Assembly: GCA_965219385.1 (NCBI GenBank)
Contig: CBDCNM010000001.1
Location: forward strand, 28,976 to 92,975
Reading direction: 5' to 3'
DNA: 64,000 bases
DNA from: Candidatus Latescibacterota bacterium
Lineage (GTDB): Bacteria; Latescibacterota; UBA2968; UBA8231
Shown here: piece after piece, positions 10,051 to 16,971 of the stretch
How positions within the stretch are numbered: position 1 is the stretch's first letter
Layout of the letters: the number at the start of each line of letters is the position of its first letter
Notes under the pieces: generated by a model
Databases searched by the model: none
Seen by the model: the letters and a program-made list of their open reading frames with translations, nothing else
Told to the model about the DNA's origin: nothing
Position numbers and translations under genes: made by a program

Positions 10051-10791
10051 TTAAGGATATTTGAGGAAACCCGTATTCGGGTGCTTTGCCTTCCAGTTGT
10101 TCCAGCGGGTGTGGATGGATTCGAATTCCGGCAGTTTCCGGTCGGCGTAGAAACCACTGATGCAGGTCAGACCGGTGTCGCCTGGCAGGTGGTACCACAG
10201 GCTTTCTGTCTCGTAGTCGAAGAGCACAAAGGTGTAGTTGTAGGTCCATCCACTGGCGCTCAGGGTCAGAATCTTGCCATTGATCTCGCGACTGTACACG
10301 GCAGTCAGGTTGGCCAGTGGTCAGAAGGCCACGGCTACGTGCGTCTCCCCGAAGACCTCGTTGGCGACTTCGTGCCAGGTCAAGGCACTATCCCAGGTGG
10401 GATAGGCGCGGATGAAACCGCTCAGGCTGACCCCCAGCACCGGAAAATCACTGGAATCGGACGGATAGTTCGGATGGCCCGGGGACAGCATCTGGGGATT
10501 CACGATAGGCTGGATGGCGTAGGGACCCAGGCCGAACTGGTACCCGGATGGAACCAGACCGTACCTCAGGGCATGGGTCACGTCCCAGGACTTGCCGGTG
10601 CGGTCAGTGATGATGGCCCGTCCACCTTTCTCAGCGTAGCTGTCCGTCCCCTGGTTGTCGTTCCCATAGTTCCTCTGGCTGCCCTCCTCATAGTAGCGGG
10701 AAGGGGTGTTGTAAATGCTGTCGCCGCTGCAACCACTCGAAAGCAGGCCGGCGAGACAGCCGAAAAGCGCGAGCAAGAGTGCGTGTATCAT
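10051..10791 (-). CDS. DUF3179-family lipoprotein with in-frame TGA (10321..10323) at the conserved Cys position; candidate selenoprotein (paralogue A, 246 aa)
   Basis: Track ORFs 10321..10791 and 10051..10299 share one frame and are separated only by a TGA. The joined product aligns along its length with the DUF3179 core of 12087..13547 (AYP, WHEVAN, VAVAF-U-PLANL vs VTL-C-PLTG, VLFDYETESLWY vs VMYDRRNDRTLY). Lipoprotein-type signal MIHALLLALFGCLAGLLSSGC. SD-like AGAGG lies 7 nt upstream of the ATG. Confidence 0.7.
10290..10306 (-). promoter_or_regulatory. Candidate bacterial SECIS hairpin for paralogue A
   Basis: mRNA GACUG-CCGUGUA-CAGUC starts 14 nt after the UGA. It has a 5-bp stem and a 7-nt loop containing GU. 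The same structure occurs in paralogue B with an A-U to G-C compensatory change. Confidence 0.5.
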
Positions 10792-10815
10792 ATGCTTGCC
10801 TCTACGGAGGAGAGG

Positions 10816-11631
10816 TTAGAAGCGCATCAGGTTCGGGTAGAGCATGAACTTGGTCTGGGGATGTTCCTGGCGCCACTGCTGCCAGCTCGCTCGCTTGGAG
10901 CGGAATTCCGGCAGGTGGCGGTCCCTGTGCGGACCGGAAATCCCGGTGAGTCCTCTGGTCCCGGGCAGGGGGTACCACAGGGTACCGGTCTCCTGGTCAT
11001 AGAGCACAAAGGTCTGGCGGTAGGTCCACCCGCTCGGCGCCAGGGTCAGGGTCTGTCCATCCAGTTCGCGGCTGTACACGGCAGCCAGGTCCACCAGGGG
11101 TCAGTAGGCCACGGCGAACGGGGTCTCGCCGATGGTCTCGTTGACGATCTCGTGGCGTGCCAGCGGGCGAATGGGGTAGCTGCGCACATCGCCTTCGATC
11201 TCGGTGCCGATGACCGGGATGGTGTCCCAGGCCCCCGGATAGGCGGGCTCGCCGGGGGCGATCATCTCGGGATGGTCGAGGGGACGCATGGCGTTCTTGC
11301 CGATGCCGTACTCGAACCCGTGGCGGCTCATGCCGTAGTTTTGGACCGCATGGGTGATATCGAAACGCTCACCGCGGCGATCGGTGATGTAGATGCGCTC
11401 GGAGCCTTGCCGGCTTTCCCCGGCGGCCGCCCGGGTATCCATGGCCGGTGGCATTGGGGCGCAAGCGACAAACACAGTCAGTAGAGGCCAGGCAAAGGAT
11501 CTAAGAAGCCATCTCAAAACCCCCGGCGGCCGTCGCCCGGCTGCAAAGGCGGAGGCCGGCATTGCCCAAAAGCAGCCATACCCCGGCGATCTAAGAAGCC
11601 TTCTAAAAAAATCGAAGCGCATGGGGAACAT
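10816..11631 (-). CDS. DUF3179-family lipoprotein with in-frame TGA (11101..11103) at the conserved Cys position; candidate selenoprotein (paralogue B)
   Basis: Track ORFs 11101..11631 and 10816..11094 share one frame and are separated only by a TGA (FAVAY-U-PLVDLAAVYSRE). Homologous to paralogue A throughout. The start is uncertain: ATG 11631, 11622 or 11562, or TTG 11517. TTG 11517 would give a classic lipoprotein signal, MRWLLRSFAWPLLTVFVAC. Confidence 0.65.
11070..11086 (-). promoter_or_regulatory. Candidate bacterial SECIS hairpin for paralogue B
   Basis: mRNA GGCUG-CCGUGUA-CAGCC starts 14 nt after the UGA. The loop is identical to paralogue A; the second stem pair is G-C instead of A-U. 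Confidence 0.5.
11502..11514. promoter_or_regulatory. Palindromic motif site a (TAAGAAGCCATCT)
   Basis: One mismatch to the core AGAAGSCTTCT. Part of the 22-nt near-duplicate GATCTAAGAAGCCWTCTMAAAA, repeated exactly 90 nt away. Confidence 0.5.
11592..11605. promoter_or_regulatory. Palindromic motif site b (TAAGAAGCCTTCTA)
   Basis: Exact core, in the 5' region of DUF3179 paralogue B. Confidence 0.5.
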
Positions 11632-11715
11632 TCTCCTGTCTACCTACTAATATAAGAAACATGAAACATGTACAAAATCACCATTATCAGTACCTTGATG
11701 AACCCACGTGAAGAA

Positions 11716-11884
11716 CATGCCGGGATCAAGGTCGGAAGGGGATGTTGCCGGGGGCGTTTTGTGGGGGGGTAGTGGCCGGGAATAGACTAAGGAGGCCGGC
11801 CGATCTTTGGGGTGGCACCTGAGGCGAGCCCGACAACCAGAGAAAGGTCGCTCAACCATCTGGGACTCATAAAACGCCAGAGGC
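11716..11884 (-). repeat. Intergenic repeat family, copy 1 (about 169 bp, full length)
   Basis: Read on the minus strand it begins GCCTCTGGCGTTTTATGAGTCCCAGATGG and ends ...CCCACAAAACGCCCCCGGCAACATCCCC...GGCATG. Both ends match copy 3, and 105 bp matches copy 2 nearly base for base. Contains the internal 8-nt complement GGCGTTTT/AAAACGCC. Confidence 0.7.
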
Positions 11885-12024
11885 GGCATTCCCTTTCGGC
11901 CGTTCGCCGATTTCGCTCGGGCTCGGGGCGCAGCAGCAGGGAGGGATGAGACGGATATCCGCTTGGAGGGCGAATGAGCATACTTTACGGAAGGATCTGA
12001 AAATATTATTTTTGCAACTTGGGC

Positions 12025-12058
12025 AGAGTTGGTATCGTCTAAGAGTTGGTATCGTCTA
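12025..12058 (+). repeat. Perfect 17-bp tandem direct repeat (AGAGTTGGTATCGTCTA x2) about 30 nt upstream of the DUF3179/T9SS gene
   Basis: 12025..12041 and 12042..12058 are identical when read directly. Confidence 0.9.
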
Positions 12059-12086
12059 TAAAATAAACATCCAGGAGAACCCAGCC

Positions 12087-13547
12087 GTGAAGCACAAAAC
12101 CATCTTTGTCGGATTGATCCTGGGACTGGCGGTCAGCCAGGTCCAGGCCGGGGTTTTCGACCAGTTCGAAGATATCGAAGTCCTGATAAAAATGCACATG
12201 CTCTCGGGCGGCCCGGGGAAAGATGGGATCCCGGCCATGACCAACCCCGAGTTCGTGGATCCGGACCAGGTCGAATACGTGCGGGACGACGAGTTGGTGA
12301 TGGGGGTCTACATGCATGGAGAGGTCAAGGCCTATCCGGAGAATCTGGGCTGGTGGCACGAAATCGTCAACGACCAGATCGGCGACCAGTTCATCTCGGT
12401 CACCCTGTGTCCGCTCACCGGTACCGGCATGGTCTTCAATGCCACGGACGCGGACGGCAGCCAGATCGAATTCGGGGTGTCGGGTTTTCTGATCAACACC
12501 AACCTGGTGATGTACGACCGCCGCAACGACCGGACCCTTTACCCCCAGATGATCTACACCGGCCTCAACGACGATTTCAAGAACCAACAGCTGGAGTTGC
12601 TGCCGGTGGTGGAGACCACCTGGGGGATGTGGAAGCAGATGTACCCCGAAACCAAGGTGGCCCAGTTCGGGACGGGCCTGGAGCGCTACTCCGAGCGGAA
12701 ACAGCAGAGTTACCTCGATGTTGATCGCTTCCGCAGTTATCCCTATGGAAACTACCGGACCGACAACAACAACCTGTTTTTATATGCCCGGCCTACTTCC
12801 TCTATGGATCTGAGAACCCTCGAAGTCAAGGATGTGGTGCTGGGGTTGTGCCAGAACGACCAGCTCAAAGCCTACCCCTTCCCGGATATGCCGGACGGGG
12901 CCGTGATCAACGACGAACTGGGGGGCGTGCCCCTGCTGGTGGTCTTCGAGCGGGAGGCGTCCCTGGCCATACCCTTTTATCGCGAGGTGGACGGCCAGGT
13001 ATTGACCTTCTACGAGGTTGAGCCCGAGGGGAATCTGCCGGTGGAGTTCATGGACGCGGAGACCCGCTCGCGCTGGAATTTGCGCGGCGAGGCCGTCTCC
13101 GGTCCGCTGGCGGGCCAGCGCCTGCGGCAGATGCCGGGCTACAATTCGATGTGGTTCGCCTGGGCCACCTACTGGCCTGAAACCGACTTGTGGACCTTTG
13201 GAGAAGGCATCATCGAACCACCGCCCACGACCGTAGAGGAAGAGGATATCGCCGCCCTGCCGGAGCACTTCGTCCTGAGCCAGAACTATCCGAACCCCTT
13301 CAATCCGACCACCCACATCCAGTACGCCCTGCCGCAGGACGGCCTGGTGCGTCTGAGCGTGTACAATGCGGCCGGCCAGAAGATCCGCACCCTGGTGGAC
13401 GGGTATCGGGCCCAAGGGCTCTACCTGCAGGACTGGGACGGTCGCGATGAAAGCGGGGCCCAGGTGTCCAGTGGCACCTACCTCTACCGTCTGGAAATGC
13501 CCGAACAGGGGCTGTGTCAGACCCGGAGTATGACCCTGATGCGCTAG
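12087..13547 (+). CDS. DUF3179 domain protein (Cys form) with signal peptide and T9SS type-A C-terminal sorting domain
   Basis: GTG 12087 is preceded by AGGAG (12073..12077). Signal VKHKTIFVGLILGLAVSQVQA. DUF3179 core GGPGKDGIPAMTNPEF, AYPENLGWWHEIVND, VTLCPLTGTG, VMYDRRNDRTLYPQ. C-terminal NYPNPFNPTTHIQYALP...VYNAAGQKIRTL...GTYLYRLEM matches the Por secretion tail. Confidence 0.85.
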   Translation: MKHKTIFVGLILGLAVSQVQAGVFDQFEDIEVLIKMHMLSGGPGKDGIPAMTNPEFVDPDQVEYVRDDELVMGVYMHGEVKAYPENLGWWHEIVNDQIGDQFISVTLCPLTGTGMVFNATDADGSQIEFGVSGFLINTNLVMYDRRNDRTLYPQMIYTGLNDDFKNQQLELLPVVETTWGMWKQMYPETKVAQFGTGLERYSERKQQSYLDVDRFRSYPYGNYRTDNNNLFLYARPTSSMDLRTLEVKDVVLGLCQNDQLKAYPFPDMPDGAVINDELGGVPLLVVFEREASLAIPFYREVDGQVLTFYEVEPEGNLPVEFMDAETRSRWNLRGEAVSGPLAGQRLRQMPGYNSMWFAWATYWPETDLWTFGEGIIEPPPTTVEEEDIAALPEHFVLSQNYPNPFNPTTHIQYALPQDGLVRLSVYNAAGQKIRTLVDGYRAQGLYLQDWDGRDESGAQVSSGTYLYRLEMPEQGLCQTRSMTLMR

Positions 13548-13669
13548 AGCTACAGGTCCATCGGGTAGAGATTGGTAAGCAGCTGGCCTTTGAGTCGGAC
13601 GCTTATTATTTTTTTAGAATGTCTCCCGGGTAGATTTACACGATCCATCAACAGAGGATTGGAAAAACC

Positions 13670-16048
13670 ATGCTGAATTTCATTGGCCAATACACCAAAT
13701 GGCTCCACACCCGGTGGCCGGCCGGCGTGGTGGAGAAGCTGCCTCAGGTCGACGAAAACGGCCGCAGCAATATCCCAGGGCTCTATATCGTCGGCGACCT
13801 GACCGGGATTCCCCTGCTCAAGTTTTCCTCGGATTCGGGGGCGCGGGCCGTGCAGCACATCGCCGCCGACCAGGATTTTCACCGCCTGCGCCAGGCGCAG
13901 GCGGACGAGGATATCCTCGACGTGGCCGTTGTCGGCGCCGGAGTCTCGGGCATGGCCGCGGCCCTGGCGGCCCGCAGCGCCGGGCTTTCCTTCGAGATTA
14001 TCGAGGCCACCGAACCCTTTTCCACGGTGGTCAATTTTCCCAGGGGCAAACCCATCTACACCTACCCGACCGAAATGCTACCGGCGGGCGATCTGCAGTT
14101 CACCGCCGAGGTCAAAGAGCCCCTGGTCGAAGAACTCAGAGCCCAGACCCTGGAACAGGGCATCGAGCCGCGTATGGCCCGCGTCGAACAGGTGCAGCGG
14201 CGGGGAGACCTCTTCGAACTGGTGATTCCGGGCCAGGAAAATTTGCGGGCCCGGCGGGTGATTGTGGGCATTGGCCGCTCGGGCAACTTTCGCAAACTGG
14301 GGGTCCCTGGCGAAGACCTAGACAAGGTCTACAACCGCCTGCACGACCCCAAAGATTACGGCGACAGAAAGGCACTGGTGGTGGGCGGCGGCGACAGCGC
14401 CCTGGAGACGGCCATTGCCATTGCCCTGGCCGGAGGGCAGGTCACCTTGTCCTACCGCAAGCCGGAATTTGCCCGTCCCAAGCCGGAGAACATCGAAAAG
14501 CTCGACCAGTTGGCGGCGGATCCTATGGCCGACGTAGCGGTCGAAACGCCCACCTCCGAACGGGTGACCACCTCCAGCGGCCACTTCCTGGAAGAGGGCC
14601 GCAAGGCCGGCAGCATCCGCCTGATGATGGGCAGCACGGTCCAGCGCATCGAGGCAGAGGAAGTGGTGATCAAGGATGCCCAAGGCGAGGAGGTCCGCCT
14701 GCCCAACGACGCGGTCTTCAGCATGATCGGACGCGAGGCTCCACTCGATTTCTTTCGCCGCGGCGGGGTTGCGATCAGGGGAGAAATGAGCGGCAAACAG
14801 TGGGTCGGACTGGCGCTGTTCGTGGCTTTTTGCGCCTTTGTGTACAACTGGAAGGCCGGAGGGCAACTCACCCAGGTCTTTGAGCAGAACGGGTGGTTTC
14901 CCTACCAGATCCCCGCTCTGCTCAAAGGACTCGGGACCGGACTGTCGGCCCGGGCGGCGGAGCCTTCTACCTTTGTGGGCACCCTGATCCTCAATCTTGG
15001 ACAACCCGGGTTCTACTACAGCCTGGTCTACTCGCTGCTGGTGGCCGTCTTCGGGTACCGCCGCATCCGGCGCCGCCAAACCCCCTATATCAGGGCGCAG
15101 ACTCTGTGCCTGACCGCGGTGCAGATTCTGCCCCTCTTTCTGCTGCCCTACCTGATTTTGCCTTACCTAGGGTACAACGGCTTTTTCGACGCTGGTTTTG
15201 CCCGGAGCGTTGCAGATGCGCTTTTCCCCCAGGTAGACTACGGCCACGGCCGCGAGTACTGGCGCGCCTTCGGTCTCGTCTTGGCTTGGCCGCTGTTTAT
15301 CTGGAACGTGTTCACCTACCAGCCCCTGTGGTGGTGGCTGGGGATCAGCCTGGTGCAGACCGTTGTGCTCATCCCCCTGATCATCTATTTCTGGGGCAAG
15401 GGGTCCTATTGCGGCTGGATCTGCTCCTGCGGCGCCCTGGCCGAGACGCTGGGGGATCAGCACCGCCACAAGATGCCCCACGGGGCCTCCTGGAACAAGG
15501 TGAACATGGTGGGGCAGGTCATCCTGGGGTTGTGCGTGGTACTGCTGATTGGCCGGATTTTCAGCTGGGTATGGCCCGATACCGGCGCCGGCGGAATGTT
15601 GCGCGGCCTGTACGAAGGGCTGCTCTACGACTGGAAACCCTTCGGGATACAGCTCAATTACAAGTGGGTCGTAGACCTTTTTCTGGCCGGTATTATCGGG
15701 TACGGGGCCTATTTCTGGTTCAGCGGCCGGGTCTGGTGCCGCTTTGCCTGTCCCCTGGCCGCGCTGATGCACATCTATGCCCGCTTCAGCCGCTTCCGCA
15801 TCCTGGCCGATAAGAAGAAGTGCATTTCCTGCAATGTGTGCACCTCGGTCTGCCACCAGGGGATCGACATCATGAACTTTGCCAATAAGGGGTTGCCCAT
15901 GGCCGACCCGCAGTGCGTGCGCTGCAGCGCCTGCGTGGAATCGTGTCCCACGGGCGTGCTCGAATTCGGCCAGGTCAATCCGGGTAGTGGCCAGGTTTTG
16001 AAACGGGACGGGCTGGCGGCCTCGCTGGTGCGCCAGCACGAGGCTTGA
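13670..16048 (+). CDS. Fusion protein: FAD/NAD(P)-binding pyridine-nucleotide oxidoreductase domain plus NapH/NosR-like polytopic membrane 4Fe-4S (polyferredoxin) domain
   Basis: DVAVVGAGVSGMAAALAA and LVVGGGDSALE dinucleotide-binding motifs. Hydrophobic segments follow, with CGWICSCGALAE and WCRFACPLAAL (NapH-type CxxCP motifs). C-terminal ferredoxin motifs CISCNVCTSVC and CVRCSACVESCP. GAGGA RBS lies before ATG 13670. Confidence 0.8.
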   Translation: MLNFIGQYTKWLHTRWPAGVVEKLPQVDENGRSNIPGLYIVGDLTGIPLLKFSSDSGARAVQHIAADQDFHRLRQAQADEDILDVAVVGAGVSGMAAALAARSAGLSFEIIEATEPFSTVVNFPRGKPIYTYPTEMLPAGDLQFTAEVKEPLVEELRAQTLEQGIEPRMARVEQVQRRGDLFELVIPGQENLRARRVIVGIGRSGNFRKLGVPGEDLDKVYNRLHDPKDYGDRKALVVGGGDSALETAIAIALAGGQVTLSYRKPEFARPKPENIEKLDQLAADPMADVAVETPTSERVTTSSGHFLEEGRKAGSIRLMMGSTVQRIEAEEVVIKDAQGEEVRLPNDAVFSMIGREAPLDFFRRGGVAIRGEMSGKQWVGLALFVAFCAFVYNWKAGGQLTQVFEQNGWFPYQIPALLKGLGTGLSARAAEPSTFVGTLILNLGQPGFYYSLVYSLLVAVFGYRRIRRRQTPYIRAQTLCLTAVQILPLFLLPYLILPYLGYNGFFDAGFARSVADALFPQVDYGHGREYWRAFGLVLAWPLFIWNVFTYQPLWWWLGISLVQTVVLIPLIIYFWGKGSYCGWICSCGALAETLGDQHRHKMPHGASWNKVNMVGQVILGLCVVLLIGRIFSWVWPDTGAGGMLRGLYEGLLYDWKPFGIQLNYKWVVDLFLAGIIGYGAYFWFSGRVWCRFACPLAALMHIYARFSRFRILADKKKCISCNVCTSVCHQGIDIMNFANKGLPMADPQCVRCSACVESCPTGVLEFGQVNPGSGQVLKRDGLAASLVRQHEA

Positions 16049-16094
16049 TTGACATTTGATCTTCGGCGAATTAACTTCTTGAAACCTGATTTCC

Positions 16095-16107
16095 AAGACG
16101 GCTTCTA
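16095..16107. promoter_or_regulatory. Palindromic motif site c (AAGACGGCTTCTA)
   Basis: One mismatch, about 90 nt upstream of the MBL-hydrolase ATG. Confidence 0.5.
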
Positions 16108-16197
16108 AAATTAGCTTCTGCGCGCAAGGAGGCGTGGAGATGAAGGTGCTGTAGTCTTTTTCCGTTCGATTCACCTTTCAACCCAGGAGGCAGGTTT

Positions 16198-16971
16198 ATG
16201 GCATCGGTGAAAATCACCTTTATCGGGCACGCGTCTTTCCGCTTCGAATCCGACAAGGGCACTGTAGTGTACTTCGATGCCTGGCTGGACGACAACCCCA
16301 CGGCCAAGATGAAGCTGGCGCAGGTCGACAAGGCCGACATCGTTATCGCCACCCACGGACACCAGGACCATATCGGGGATTCTTTCGCCATCTGCAAGCG
16401 CACCCGGGCCAAGTTTGTGGGCAACTACGAGTTGTGCGTGGTGGCCGAAGCGCATGACCTCAAGATGGGCTCTCGAGCCCTGTCCATGAATCCGGGAGGC
16501 ACGGTCAAGGTCAAAGACGCGACCATCACCATGACCCAGGCCCACCACTCCCAGTCCATGTCCCCGGCGCTGGCCTATGGTCCGCCGCCCGAGGGCCACT
16601 ACTTCAGGCCGGACAGCGCAGTCAGCGGCTTTGCCATTGCCTTTGCCAACGGCATCACCATCTACGACACTTCGGATACCTGTGTGTTCAGCGACATGCA
16701 GTTGATCAGTCAGATGTACGGACCGCAAATTGCCATTTTGCCGGTGGGCGGCCAGTACACCATGGGGGTGCGCGAGGCAGCGCGAGCTGCCGGTTTCATC
16801 CGGCCCGATATCGTCATTCCGTGTCACTACGGCGAGATCATGGGGCAGCCGGCCGATATCGACGAGTTGAGTCGAGAGGTGCGTTTCCTCTCGCCCAATA
16901 CCCGGGTGGTGCCGCTCAAGCCGGGACAGAGCGCGACCTACACGGCCAGTAGTCTCAAGGTGGGACGTTAA
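16198..16971 (+). CDS. MBL-fold metal-dependent hydrolase (UPF0173-like)
   Basis: HGHQDHIGD metal-binding motif, about 257 aa, AGGAGG RBS upstream of the ATG. Confidence 0.8.
   Translation: MASVKITFIGHASFRFESDKGTVVYFDAWLDDNPTAKMKLAQVDKADIVIATHGHQDHIGDSFAICKRTRAKFVGNYELCVVAEAHDLKMGSRALSMNPGGTVKVKDATITMTQAHHSQSMSPALAYGPPPEGHYFRPDSAVSGFAIAFANGITIYDTSDTCVFSDMQLISQMYGPQIAILPVGGQYTMGVREAARAAGFIRPDIVIPCHYGEIMGQPADIDELSREVRFLSPNTRVVPLKPGQSATYTASSLKVGR

Noticed and set aside
10260-10320. Long-range helix CCACUGGC/GCCAGUGG starting right after the UGA of paralogue A, as an extended SECIS stem.
   Set aside because: Perfect in A, but no equivalent pairing exists in paralogue B, so it is not conserved. 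Only the short inner hairpin is reported.
10051-11631. Alternative explanations for the split DUF3179 genes: nonsense-mutated pseudogenes, or a genetic code in which TGA is a sense codon (Trp/Gly).
   Set aside because: Two diverged paralogues have the TGA at the identical, functionally critical column (Cys in the third paralogue), with intact frames and a conserved downstream hairpin. Many confidently identified genes in the window terminate with TGA. Not fully excluded without the Sec machinery or read data.
11647-11889. 80-aa ORF (and the 51-codon N-terminal extension of ORF 17180..18235) sharing LAFYESQ..ERPF..RARLRC..RPASLVY.
   Set aside because: The similarity arises because both translate copies of the intergenic DNA repeat. 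There is no RBS, copy 3 is not in an ORF, and a better VIT1 start exists at 18082.
13548-13669. Possible terminator after the DUF3179/T9SS gene (TAAGC...GCTTA followed by a T-run at about 13610..13617).
   Set aside because: Only a 5-bp stem with a 20-nt loop, too weak to call.
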